Part shown: positions 10,212-19,669 of the stretch, piece by piece
Layout: the number at the start of each line of letters is the position of its first letter
Numbering within the stretch: the stretch's first letter is position 1
Assembly: GCA_001512985.1 (NCBI GenBank)
Contig: LFRX01000031.1
Location: 13,888-53,895 of the forward strand
Reading direction: 5' to 3'
DNA: 40,008 bases
Origin: Acholeplasmatales bacterium DTU056
GTDB lineage: Bacteria; Bacillota_I; Bacilli_A; ML615J-28; CAG-698
Program-made: the position numbers and the translations under genes
The notes under the pieces: generated by a model
Seen by the model: the letters and a program-made list of their open reading frames with translations, nothing else
What the model was told of the DNA's origin: nothing
Database searches by the model: none

Positions 10212-11217
10212 AATTTTTATTTAATTCATTTGCAACAGTATTTATAATAACTTGTCTTGATTCTAAGGATGGAAATTTACCTGTTGCTAATTCTAATGCC
10301 CAAATAATGGCTCCAGTTGCAGGGGGGACTTCTAATACTTTAATAACACATTTTTTATTGGTATATAAATTTATCAAACGATTAAATTCTTGAATTAAAA
10401 TCGGACAACTTCCCTTAACCCATACACTACCGACTAGAACAACTTCAACTTCGCTATCAAAATCTAAATTGACTACACATCCCCCGGCGCTTCTTGCTAG
10501 TTGTTCGGCGGTGGATTTTAAAATTTCAATTGCAACTTCATCACCTTTATTCGCTTCTTCGAATAACGCAATTGTTAAATCAGTGTAGTTTTTCTTCCGA
10601 GTTAAATATTGAGTAGATATTGCTTCCATTAAGTAATATTTATCGGTTATTCCTAAAAAGTCCATAACAATTTTGTATAAACTTGTTGGTTTACCAAACC
10701 GATATGCATAGTCAAAAGCTGCTCGAACAACTTGTCGTGATAAATGGTATCCACCAGCTTCATCACCAGTTATTTGTCCGATTCCCCCTACTTGTAAGGT
10801 GTTGCCTTTTGGATCAATTCCGCCACTTGAAGTTCCAGTGCCATTAACTGAGCAAACGCCATATCCATAAGTAGTTCCAGCTTTAATTCCTAAAAATGAA
10901 TCATTAACAACGATAAAATTTTTAAATCCTATTTTACGAACTACATCTTCTAAATTCTGCTTCTGAATGGGAATGTCTACTCCGGCCAGCCCAAACACCG
11001 CCGTTTCTACATCATCTACAGTAATGTTATTTCGGTTAAATAATTCCTGAAAAACTTCATTCATTACTCTAAATGAGCCATCATATGAATCTGGTAATGC
11101 TTCATGCGAACATGTTCCCCCACGATAATGGTCAATAAAATTGGCATCAGTATCAAAAAGAAAATAATCAGTTTTGGTGTTTCCACCATCAACACCAATA
11201 ATGTATCGCTTCTTCAT
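10210..11217 (-). CDS. BadF/BadG/BcrA/BcrD-type ATPase, N-acetylglucosamine-kinase-like sugar kinase
   Basis: It has the N-terminal phosphate-1 motif IGVDGGNTKTDY and the later GTGTS and GDEAGG blocks typical of eukaryotic-type GlcNAc kinase homologues. The start overlaps the upstream stop (TAATG). Confidence 0.85.
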   Translation of the reverse strand: MKKRYIIGVDGGNTKTDYFLFDTDANFIDHYRGGTCSHEALPDSYDGSFRVMNEVFQELFNRNNITVDDVETAVFGLAGVDIPIQKQNLEDVVRKIGFKNFIVVNDSFLGIKAGTTYGYGVCSVNGTGTSSGGIDPKGNTLQVGGIGQITGDEAGGYHLSRQVVRAAFDYAYRFGKPTSLYKIVMDFLGITDKYYLMEAISTQYLTRKKNYTDLTIALFEEANKGDEVAIEILKSTAEQLARSAGGCVVNLDFDSEVEVVLVGSVWVKGSCPILIQEFNRLINLYTNKKCVIKVLEVPPATGAIIWALELATGKFPSLESRQVIINTVANELNKN

Positions 11218-12515
11218 TACTTATCCTCTTTAAAAAATTGTGGTAAGTATTGTTTATGGGCTTCTTTTAATTCTAAATAGCATGGATATGCTTTTTTGTA
11301 ATCTAATACTAGTGGGTTGATTAACAATGCTCGCATAGCTTCATCATCATCGCCAGTTATAGCAGCTTGAACAGCATGACGCTCATATGCCTTCATTAGT
11401 AACATATATTCTTTGATATGTTCATTTTTAAAATTAGCTTTAATTGGTGTTGCTCCATCTTTGCCAATAATTGCACTAATTTCAACTACATCATCATCGC
11501 GCATAAAATCAATTGCGCCTTGGTTTAAAATGTTAACAACTTGAATATCTCGTTTATCATTATAAATTGAGTCTACTAAGTTAATTGCAGCTTCAGAATA
11601 ACGCGCTCCCCCGCGTTTACTTAATAATGCCGGTTTAGTATGTAATTTACTATCTTCATAAATTTTTAAAAGTTCTTCTTCAATTTCTAAACATACTTCG
11701 CCACGACTTTTTTCTTGTTTTAAAGCATGTTCTAATTTAGCATCTCGATAATAATAATACTCTAAATATGATGATGGAATAGCCCCAACAGTTTTAATTA
11801 ATTCTGGAGTAAAACCACTTGCTGGGATATTTTTCATAGCTTCACTGTTAATTCCTTGTTCAATAGCTTCCTGTAAATAGTCTTTGCCATTATGCTTAAT
11901 AGAAGTAATCCATGTTAAATGGTTTAAGCCAACATATTCTACTTCAGCATTCTCTAATCCTAGTTTTTGTTTTACACTTGAAATCATATTAATCGGAACA
12001 TTACATAATCCCATTGTTTTAATTTTAGTATGAGTAAGTAAGGCTTGAGCAATCATTCCTGATGGATTAGAGAAGTTAATTAACCATGCATCAGGACATA
12101 ATTTTTCCATTCTTTTAGCGATATCTATCATAACAGGAATAGTGCGCATTCCTTTAAAAAAGCCACCTATTCCATTTGTTTCTTGCCCAATTAGACCATA
12201 TTTTAATGGGATTTTTTCATCTAAAATACGAGCAGGTAATTTCCCTACACGAATTTGAACTAATACAAAATCTGCATTAATTAACGAACCATCTAAGTCA
12301 TCAGTCATTACTACATTAACATCCATATCGGCTGCTTCAATCATTCGCTTTGCAAGACCACCTACAATATTTAATTTTCGTTCATCTATATCCATTAGAT
12401 ATAATTCTTTAACAGGCAGTGAATCTCTTTTATTAATTAACCCTTCAATTAACTCTGGAGTATAGGTACTTCCTGCTCCTATAATAGCAATTTTTAATCC
12501 TTTTTTATTAGACAT
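11217..12515 (-). CDS. GH4 family 6-phospho-beta-glucosidase (LicH/CelF/ChbF-like)
   Basis: LKIAIIGAGSTYTPELIEGL (NAD-binding), GLIGQETNG and GLCNVP are present. The match to B. subtilis LicH, as I remember it, looks near-collinear. Confidence 0.93.
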   Translation of the reverse strand: MSNKKGLKIAIIGAGSTYTPELIEGLINKRDSLPVKELYLMDIDERKLNIVGGLAKRMIEAADMDVNVVMTDDLDGSLINADFVLVQIRVGKLPARILDEKIPLKYGLIGQETNGIGGFFKGMRTIPVMIDIAKRMEKLCPDAWLINFSNPSGMIAQALLTHTKIKTMGLCNVPINMISSVKQKLGLENAEVEYVGLNHLTWITSIKHNGKDYLQEAIEQGINSEAMKNIPASGFTPELIKTVGAIPSSYLEYYYYRDAKLEHALKQEKSRGEVCLEIEEELLKIYEDSKLHTKPALLSKRGGARYSEAAINLVDSIYNDKRDIQVVNILNQGAIDFMRDDDVVEISAIIGKDGATPIKANFKNEHIKEYMLLMKAYERHAVQAAITGDDDEAMRALLINPLVLDYKKAYPCYLELKEAHKQYLPQFFKEDK

Positions 12516-12540
12516 TTATATCTCAACTCCTTACTTAACT

Positions 12541-12569
12541 ATTATATCTCTAATCGACTATTTATTCAA
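12541..12569 (-). promoter_or_regulatory. Sigma-A-like promoter of the GH4-kinase operon
   Basis: The minus strand reads TTGAAT-17 nt-TATAAT. Confidence 0.6.
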
Positions 12570-12586
12570 GTAAATAACGACTATTT
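12555..12586 (-). repeat. Two direct copies of AAATAGTCG flanking the -35 element (candidate operator)
   Basis: The plus-strand sequence cgactattt occurs at 12555..12563 and 12578..12586, 23 bp apart. Confidence 0.3.
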
Positions 12587-12593
12587 GCTTTAA

Positions 12594-12623
12594 CAAAAAA
12601 AGAGTAGACAGTTTGTCTACTCT
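12594..12623 (-). terminator. Rho-independent terminator of the tilS-hpt-ftsH-rqcP operon
   Basis: The stem is 10 bp (agagtagaca/tgtctactct) with a 3-nt loop and a T7 tail on the minus strand. The rqcP TAG stop lies inside the stem. Confidence 0.8.
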
Positions 12624-12871
12624 TCATTAACTGAAATTATCTCATACATTGATTCAGCATCTTGTTTTTTAGTTGATAGATTAAGGGCCAATACCTTAAC
12701 AACGACAGTTTTATTATAAAAACATATTTCAACAATATCTCCAACTTTAAGCATAGTACTTGGTTTGGCGACTTTGCCATTGACTAAAATTTTTTGATCT
12801 AAGGTTACTTCTTTAGCAACCGTGCGGCGCTTAATAATTCGTGAAACCTTTAGAAATTTATCTAATCTCAT
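12617..12871 (-). CDS. rqcP: S4-domain RNA-binding protein RqcP (YabO), ribosome quality control
   Basis: The 84-aa product begins [22 protein letters not shown]...NGKVAKPS...GD..., very close to B. subtilis YabO/RqcP. Its start overlaps the ftsH stop (TAATG). Confidence 0.85.
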   Translation of the reverse strand: MRLDKFLKVSRIIKRRTVAKEVTLDQKILVNGKVAKPSTMLKVGDIVEICFYNKTVVVKVLALNLSTKKQDAESMYEIISVNEE

Positions 12872-14946
12872 TATTCTTCGCTATTTTCGTTGTTAATGGT
12901 TGGCTCTTCAATCGATTGTTCATCTAGCTTTGGTTGTTCGTTTTGTGCTTCTTTATTTGCTTGTTCCTCAGCGCGACGTTTTGCTTCTTCCATAGCCGCT
13001 AGTTGTTTCCGGTAAATTTCTTGTAACTCTTCTTCTTTTTCACGAGCTATTCTTTCAGCTTCCATTTTGGCTTTTTTCTTTTCCCACCAACCTAATTTAC
13101 CAGTCTCAACTAACTCATAAATATCTTCTTTATTAAGTGTTTCAATTTCCATTAAATGCTCAGCAATCAGCTCAAGTAAGTTTTTATTTTCAGATAGAAC
13201 TCTTTTAGCGCGATCATAACATTCCATAATAATATCCCGAACTTCGCGGTCAATTTCTAATGCCACTTGATCAGAGAAGTTTTTATCAGTCATATAGTCG
13301 CGCCCTAAAAAGACACTAGATGTATTGCGCTCATATTGAATTGGTCCTAACTTACTCATACCATATTCAGTAACCATTGCGCGAGCGATTGCAGTGGCTT
13401 TTTGAAAGTCATTATGACCACCAGTCGTAATTTCATTTGTCATTAGTTCCTCAGCAACCCTTCCGCCAAGTAAACCAGTAATCATATCAAGTAATCCTTG
13501 TTTAGTTTGCAAGAAGGTCTCTTCTTCTGGAGTCATTAATGAATATCCACCAGCTTGACCACGAGGAACAATTGTTACTTTTTGCACAACATCGGCATTA
13601 TCCAACTTAATTCCTAATACAGCATGTCCAGCTTCATGAAACGCTACTAAACGTTTTTCTTTATCAGTATATTTACGACTACGTTTAGCTGGTCCCATTA
13701 AAACACGGTCAATTGCCTCGTCAATATCATATATTTTAATTTCTCGTCGATTTTCTCGAGCAGCTAGTAATGCCGCTTCATTAAGTAAGTTCTCTAAGTC
13801 GGCTCCACTAAATCCTGGAGTACGTCTAGCAATATCTTCAAAATTAACTTTTGGTGATATTTTTTTATTTCGAGCATGTACTTTTAATATTTCAGTTCGA
13901 CCACGAACATCAGGATTATGCATAGTAATTTGACGGTCAAATCGTCCTGGTCGTAATAACGCTGGGTCTAAAACATCAGGACGGTTAGTAGCTGCCATAA
14001 TAATGACACCAGAGTTTTCACTGAATCCATCCATTTCAACTAGTAATTGGTTTAGAGTTTGTTCACGTTCATCATGACCGCCACCTAAACCAGCACCACG
14101 TTGACGTCCTACCGCATCGATCTCATCAATGAAAATAATACATGGAGCATTTTGTTTAGCAATTCTAAACATATCGCGGACACGGCTAGCTCCTACCCCA
14201 ACAAACATTTCCACGAAATCCGAACCAGAAATTGAATAGAATGGAACACCTGCTTCCCCAGCTACTGCTCGTGCAATTAATGTTTTTCCTGTTCCTGGAG
14301 GCCCAACTAATAAAACTCCTTTTGGAATTCGGGCTCCAATTTCTAAATATTTGCGTGGGTTTTTTAAGAAATCAATAATTTCTTGTAATTCTTCTTTTTC
14401 TTCATCAGCACCAGCCACATCTTTAAATGTTGTAGTTGGACGACGAGCAAGTCGAGCACGGCTTTTACCAAAGTCAAATGCACGATTGCCACCGGCTGCA
14501 GAGGATGATTTAACAAAGAAGATGATTAATCCACCTAGTAATAAAACTGGAACAACAATGCTAATTATAAAGCCCCACCAGTCAAACTGTCGGAGAGGTT
14601 TAGTCACAAAAGTAAAATTATATACTTTGCTTAAACTATAAACTTCTTTGTATAATTCATCATGTCCATATAATTCAAAATTAATTTTTTCATTGTCACT
14701 AATAAATACCCCTGTAAAGTGCCATAATGAGATATTATCTCCACCAACAGGAGTGGCGGTTACTTCTTGAACTTGTTGTTGTGTAATTAACTTTAAAAAT
14801 TCATCTTGTTTTAATGTAACTGGTTTATTAGTATTTCTTGTGATAAAAATAAACATCCCAATTAGCATTACAAACAAGATAATTATAAATCCTATATCTG
14901 CCTTGCGCATACGTTTCGGTCTTAGCGGTTGTGGTCCTTGCGCCAT
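12871..14946 (-). CDS. ftsH: ATP-dependent zinc metalloprotease FtsH
   Basis: It has two TM helices, Walker A GPPGTGKT, Walker B IIFIDEID, an SRH, and the HEAGH zinc motif. A K/E-rich C-terminal tail is present. An AAGGAGG SD precedes the start. Confidence 0.97.
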   Translation of the reverse strand: MAQGPQPLRPKRMRKADIGFIIILFVMLIGMFIFITRNTNKPVTLKQDEFLKLITQQQVQEVTATPVGGDNISLWHFTGVFISDNEKINFELYGHDELYKEVYSLSKVYNFTFVTKPLRQFDWWGFIISIVVPVLLLGGLIIFFVKSSSAAGGNRAFDFGKSRARLARRPTTTFKDVAGADEEKEELQEIIDFLKNPRKYLEIGARIPKGVLLVGPPGTGKTLIARAVAGEAGVPFYSISGSDFVEMFVGVGASRVRDMFRIAKQNAPCIIFIDEIDAVGRQRGAGLGGGHDEREQTLNQLLVEMDGFSENSGVIIMAATNRPDVLDPALLRPGRFDRQITMHNPDVRGRTEILKVHARNKKISPKVNFEDIARRTPGFSGADLENLLNEAALLAARENRREIKIYDIDEAIDRVLMGPAKRSRKYTDKEKRLVAFHEAGHAVLGIKLDNADVVQKVTIVPRGQAGGYSLMTPEEETFLQTKQGLLDMITGLLGGRVAEELMTNEITTGGHNDFQKATAIARAMVTEYGMSKLGPIQYERNTSSVFLGRDYMTDKNFSDQVALEIDREVRDIIMECYDRAKRVLSENKNLLELIAEHLMEIETLNKEDIYELVETGKLGWWEKKKAKMEAERIAREKEEELQEIYRKQLAAMEEAKRRAEEQANKEAQNEQPKLDEQSIEEPTINNENSEE

Positions 14947-14958
14947 AAATATCCCTCC

Positions 14959-15507
14959 TTATTTTTCATAAACGGATCTTTTCAAAACCCCTATGTACGG
15001 TAGATTACGATATAACTCGTCATAGTCTAGTCCAAACCCTACAACAAATTTTTTCGGGATTGTATGGCCAATATATTTTGGATAAATACCTTCCACTTTT
15101 CGTCCTTCTGGTTTGTCTAGTAATGTAACAATTTCGATACTTGTAGCACCACGTTCTTTAAGTAATTCTAAAACTCCTTGTAAAGTAATACCCGTATCGA
15201 CAATATCATCAACAATTAAAATATGTCTTCCAGTTATATCGCGGCTTAAATCTTTATTGATAATTAATTTACCTGTTGATGTTGTTCCATGATAACTAGA
15301 AACATCCATAAAATCAATCTCTAAGTCCATATCAAGATGCTTCATCAATTCCGCAAAAAACATTACGCAGCCTTTTAACATCCCTACAAGTATTGGACGT
15401 TTTCCATCATAATCATTTTTAATTTGGTTGGCTAATTTTTTTGTTATTTCAACTATTTCATCATATGATAAAATTAATTCTTCGATTGCAGAATGTACTT
15501 TCATCAT
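14959..15507 (-). CDS. hpt: Hypoxanthine phosphoribosyltransferase
   Basis: PRPP-binding motif ILIVDDIVDTGIT; the product is 182 aa. Confidence 0.95.
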   Translation of the reverse strand: MMKVHSAIEELILSYDEIVEITKKLANQIKNDYDGKRPILVGMLKGCVMFFAELMKHLDMDLEIDFMDVSSYHGTTSTGKLIINKDLSRDITGRHILIVDDIVDTGITLQGVLELLKERGATSIEIVTLLDKPEGRKVEGIYPKYIGHTIPKKFVVGFGLDYDELYRNLPYIGVLKRSVYEK

Positions 15508-16838
15508 TCATTCTCCTTTAGTGTGATAATTATATCATAATCTTTTAATGCAAGTAAATGTTTACTTTTGGCAATACCTAATACTGCCAAAATATTTTGA
15601 TTCTTATCTTCTAAAACTAAAACTTGTTCTCGTTTTATAATCCCAATTTTTTTATCAGTTAATAAATCACTAACCTTTTTAGTTCCGGTTAGCAATTGGA
15701 TTTTATCTCCTTTTTTTCTAGACCGAATGATAATTGGCAGCATAGACTTATTATACCATAAAGTATTATTTTTTAAAATGTTTTTGTCATTATTTTTTTC
15801 TGAAACGATGACTTTTCGATTCTCATCAATTTCATACTCACCACAAGTTGAAATAACCATATGTACTTTAGGAAATTTTAACTCTGTAAAGTATAAACTT
15901 ATTTTATCATATTCTTTTACAAAAGTTAACTTCCCAGTTACTTTAGAGATAATATTAGGTTTTTTAGAATTAATTAATTTTAAAATTTCATCAATGTTTT
16001 TATGTCCTAATAAGACTTTTTTTGTAATCGCAAATAAAATTTCTTTTTGAAGAAAGAGACTTTGCTTTAAAAAAGTTTTTTGACTGAAGAAAACTCTTTG
16101 CTCATCAAATTTTACATTATCTTCAATAAACTGTTTAACTATTTTTTTAATTTCTTCATCAGCATTCCTTATCACTTCTGAAAACTTTGCAAATTGCCAA
16201 TGGGCTTCCGGATTTTCCCAAAAAATGCTTGGAATAATTTCGTGTCGAATCCGATTACGAGTATATGTTTTTTCTTTATTAGTTTCATCTTCAAAATAAA
16301 TAATTTCTCGCTCTTTGGCAATTCTAATTAATTCGTCTTTTAATAAAAGCAAAAACGGTCGAACTATTAAGTAATTCGACTGCTGGACAACTGGTTCCAT
16401 CCCTGCATATCCACGCAAATTACTTCCCCGTAATAATCTCATTATTATTGTTTCCATATTATCATTAGCATGATGAGCAAGTAATAAATAATCACCATGA
16501 AATTCATTTATAACTTCCTCAAAAAATTGATAACGAAATTTTCGTGCTTCTTCTTGAAAGTTTCCAGGATGAAGATTATAGTCAAAATAACTTATTCGAA
16601 TATCTATCCCTTTTTTATGACAAAACTCTTTAATAAATTGTTCCTCTTCGATAGATTGTAATCGCATTTGGTGATTAACATGAGCAACAACAATTTTAAA
16701 GTTTATTAATTCGTGTGCTCTAATCAACTCATCTAGTAAGACCATTGAATCAATTCCTGTTGATACTCCAACAACTATAGTTTTGTTTTCTAATGACAAA
16801 TTATTCTCTATAAAAAAATTAATAACTAAATTGCTCAT
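15504..16838 (-). CDS. tilS: tRNA(Ile)-lysidine synthetase
   Basis: It has the PP-loop VGVSTGIDSMVL and the C-terminal TilS domain (...GDKIQLLTGTKKVSDLL...). The ATG at 16838 has a GGTGA SD. The TTG/GTG codons at 16850/16847 lie at or upstream of the predicted transcription start. The gene overlaps hpt by 4 nt (ATGA). Confidence 0.9.
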   Translation of the reverse strand: MSNLVINFFIENNLSLENKTIVVGVSTGIDSMVLLDELIRAHELINFKIVVAHVNHQMRLQSIEEEQFIKEFCHKKGIDIRISYFDYNLHPGNFQEEARKFRYQFFEEVINEFHGDYLLLAHHANDNMETIIMRLLRGSNLRGYAGMEPVVQQSNYLIVRPFLLLLKDELIRIAKEREIIYFEDETNKEKTYTRNRIRHEIIPSIFWENPEAHWQFAKFSEVIRNADEEIKKIVKQFIEDNVKFDEQRVFFSQKTFLKQSLFLQKEILFAITKKVLLGHKNIDEILKLINSKKPNIISKVTGKLTFVKEYDKISLYFTELKFPKVHMVISTCGEYEIDENRKVIVSEKNNDKNILKNNTLWYNKSMLPIIIRSRKKGDKIQLLTGTKKVSDLLTDKKIGIIKREQVLVLEDKNQNILAVLGIAKSKHLLALKDYDIIITLKENE

Positions 16839-16856
16839 ATTTTTCACCAAATTATA

Positions 16857-16885
16857 TTATAACCTATTTTACACTTTTTCTCAAT
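16857..16885 (-). promoter_or_regulatory. Sigma-A-like promoter of tilS-hpt-ftsH-rqcP
   Basis: The minus strand reads TTGAGA-17 nt-TATAAT. Confidence 0.55.
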
Positions 16886-16919
16886 TAAATAACCTAGAAA
16901 TACTAATCTATTTTAATGA

Positions 16920-16952
16920 AAAATCGTGCTTTTTCAAAAATTGAAAAAGCAC
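16920..16952 (-). terminator. Rho-independent terminator after ddl
   Basis: The stem is 12 bp (gtgctttttcaa/ttgaaaaagcac) with a 3-nt loop, followed on the minus strand by GATTTT. Confidence 0.65.
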
Positions 16953-16961
16953 CCATTAAAA

Positions 16962-18095
16962 TTATTTTTTTAAGATTTGACTAATATTTAGAATATTAGT
17001 TTCAAATGAAGTACGTACATTTTCTAATAATTTATCTTTAATTGCATGCTCAATTAAAGTTGTAATTAAATTTTTAAAATCTAGTTTAAAATCATCAAAT
17101 AGGTAAAAAGCTAAAGACCCTGGAATAGTATTGATTTCATTAACATAAAGTTTTTTATCATCAAGACAATACAAAAAGTCGATGCGACTTACCCCTTTAT
17201 TTAATATTAAACGATTAATTTTACTCGTAAGTGTTTTTATTTCATCAACTAATTGTTCATTAATTTCGGCAGGAATAATTCGCAATGGCAAATTATGTTC
17301 TTTCTTAGCATATTTATCTTCATAGGTTAAAAAATCACTACTGGTAACTACTTCCTCAATGTCAGAAATAATTTCTAAACTTTGCGAACTGAAAATTGCA
17401 CAATTAAACTCACGGTAATTAGTTAAGGCCTTTTCGATGACAACCCGTTTATCAAATTCAAAAGCTAAAGATAAAGAGTTTATCAATTCATTTGGAGAAC
17501 TGGCCTTACTTATGCCAATACTTGATCCAAGACGAGCTGGTTTAATAATTACTGGATATCCCAATTTTTCAATTTTATTTAAGCACTCTCTTCGTTGATT
17601 AATCCATTCATCTTTATTAAAATATTCATATGGAATAATAGGAATATTTTCACAAGCCAATAATTTTTTCATAATAATTTTATCTTGGGAAATACTTGCT
17701 GGTAAGATGTCTGATGCTGTATACGGAACACCAAGCAAATTAAAAACTCCCGCTAAGGTTCCATCTTCTACCCCAGCCCCATGGACAACTGCTAAAATAC
17801 AATCAATTGGTTTACGATATTTTCGGGGTAATAAAGGTTTTAGACCGATTAATTTGATTTGATTTTTTTCACTTGATTTTAACAGTACTTCATATTTTTT
17901 AAACTTACTTTTTTGAAATGTTTCTAATTTATCAAAATCTGGACCTACATAAAAAGAATTATTCTTGTCAAGATAAATAGGAATTACATCATATTTTTCA
18001 TAATCAATTGCTTTTAATACTTGCATACACGATAGAATTGATATTTCATGCTCAACAGAGCGTCCCCCAAAAACAACCCCTATCGTTTTTTTCAC
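16962..18095 (-). CDS. ddl: D-alanine--D-alanine ligase
   Basis: GGRSVEHEISILS at the N-terminus, an ATP-grasp core (VIIKPARLGSSIGI), FLTYEDKY and EINTIPG. Confidence 0.93.
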   Translation of the reverse strand: MKKTIGVVFGGRSVEHEISILSCMQVLKAIDYEKYDVIPIYLDKNNSFYVGPDFDKLETFQKSKFKKYEVLLKSSEKNQIKLIGLKPLLPRKYRKPIDCILAVVHGAGVEDGTLAGVFNLLGVPYTASDILPASISQDKIIMKKLLACENIPIIPYEYFNKDEWINQRRECLNKIEKLGYPVIIKPARLGSSIGISKASSPNELINSLSLAFEFDKRVVIEKALTNYREFNCAIFSSQSLEIISDIEEVVTSSDFLTYEDKYAKKEHNLPLRIIPAEINEQLVDEIKTLTSKINRLILNKGVSRIDFLYCLDDKKLYVNEINTIPGSLAFYLFDDFKLDFKNLITTLIEHAIKDKLLENVRTSFETNILNISQILKK

Positions 18096-18097
18096 AT

Positions 18098-19669
18098 TTA
18101 CCCCCTAACAAAATAATTATCGGTTAAATCATTTTCAATCAAGATAGTTCCTTGTTGATATTTTAATGATATTTTTTCTCTTGCTTCTTTATAACTTCTT
18201 ACAATTTCATAGTTATAATGCCCCAACTCATCTAATCCCTTAGCGATGGCTTTTGCACTTTGATTATTCACTAAATATACAAAATCACACGATTTATGAA
18301 TTTCATTTGCTAAATGATAATTAATCTCTTCCTGCATTTTCCCCGCATCAACAATTCCAGGCGTAATTAAAATTCGTGGGCCTTTAAATAATGTTAAAAC
18401 TTCTAACGCGTTTCTAAATCCATTGGGATTTGAATTATATGAATCATCAATTATAATAAAATCTTTTTCACTTATTAAACTTAATCGATGAGGAATAGGC
18501 TCAATGTTTTCTAAGTTAAATATTATTTCCTCATCAGTAATTTTTTTATTGAAGTCATCAACGCTTTTAATTAAAGCAATGCAGGCTAAAATGTTATATA
18601 TATTATGCTTACCTAACAATTTAGTCTTGATTGTTAGTTTTCCTTGTGGATAAAAGATGTCAAAAGTTAATCCGTCTTTTGAATATAAAATATTACTAGC
18701 GTAAAAGTCACAACTTGGTTCTAATCCAAAGGTAACAACATTTTTTCCTTTCAGTAATGGCAATTGACTACTTAAATATTGATTGTCTTTATTAAGAACA
18801 ACTAGCTGGTTATTTGGTGAAGATATGACAGCTAATTTTTCATTAATTATATTTTCTATTGTTTTAAATGTTTCTAAATGTTGTGGTCCAATATCCGTAA
18901 TTATTGCATAATGAGGGTTAGTTAAATTAACTAATTTTTGAATATCGCCAGTATGTGTTGCTCCCATTTCCAAAATTAAGACTTCATCTGAATAGGTAGC
19001 ATAATTATTAATCATTAAACTAATTCCCATTAAAGTATTATATGATTTAGGACTCATTTTAGTAATAAATTTGTCTTTTAATAAATGGTATAGAATGGAT
19101 TTTGTGGATGTTTTTCCAAAACTACCGGTAATAGCAATTTTTTTAGCATCAATCATTTTAATTTTTTGCGATGCTTTTTTTACATAATATAATTGTATTA
19201 AATATTCTAATGGCCATATTACAATATGCGATAACAATAAATTAACTGGTGTTAACACTAAACAAATTAATAGTACCTGAATTAAAGTGGTAAATTGAAT
19301 CTCCCACATTATAAATGTATATATTGTAGTAATAATCGCTAAATGGATAACCCATAAGCGAATAATTCGCTTAGTAAATTTTAATTCTTTGATTGTTTGT
19401 TGGCGATTAAAGTAATAATATGTACTTAATATTATTAAATAAATCATTTGAATCCAAATATTGTTTAAAAAGTAGAATAATATAAATGTAGGAATGATTA
19501 TCAAATTATAAACATTATAAAAATAAATTCGTTTTAAGCATTTTAAATATCCTTTAATATGATATTGTTCTTGTTGAAGGAGTTGGCTTGATCGAATCAT
19601 TTCTTTAATAATTAAAAAAATTGTTGCTAAGATGCATATGGTTTCAATAAATATTTTAAAACTTTCCAT
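18098..19669 (-). CDS. murF: MurF-type UDP-MurNAc-tripeptide--D-Ala-D-Ala ligase with an N-terminal polytopic membrane domain
   Basis: Residues ~180 to the end carry the MurF central and C-terminal domains: P-loop ITGSFGKTSTK, ILEMGATHTGDI, GPQHLETF, GKHNIYN, and DDSYNSNP (the MurF-specific DDxYNANP block). Residues 1 to ~165 form about five hydrophobic helices. The ATG at 19669 has a GGAGGA SD; the track start at 19681 is a GTG. Confidence 0.85.
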   Translation of the reverse strand: MESFKIFIETICILATIFLIIKEMIRSSQLLQQEQYHIKGYLKCLKRIYFYNVYNLIIIPTFILFYFLNNIWIQMIYLIILSTYYYFNRQQTIKELKFTKRIIRLWVIHLAIITTIYTFIMWEIQFTTLIQVLLICLVLTPVNLLLSHIVIWPLEYLIQLYYVKKASQKIKMIDAKKIAITGSFGKTSTKSILYHLLKDKFITKMSPKSYNTLMGISLMINNYATYSDEVLILEMGATHTGDIQKLVNLTNPHYAIITDIGPQHLETFKTIENIINEKLAVISSPNNQLVVLNKDNQYLSSQLPLLKGKNVVTFGLEPSCDFYASNILYSKDGLTFDIFYPQGKLTIKTKLLGKHNIYNILACIALIKSVDDFNKKITDEEIIFNLENIEPIPHRLSLISEKDFIIIDDSYNSNPNGFRNALEVLTLFKGPRILITPGIVDAGKMQEEINYHLANEIHKSCDFVYLVNNQSAKAIAKGLDELGHYNYEIVRSYKEAREKISLKYQQGTILIENDLTDNYFVRG

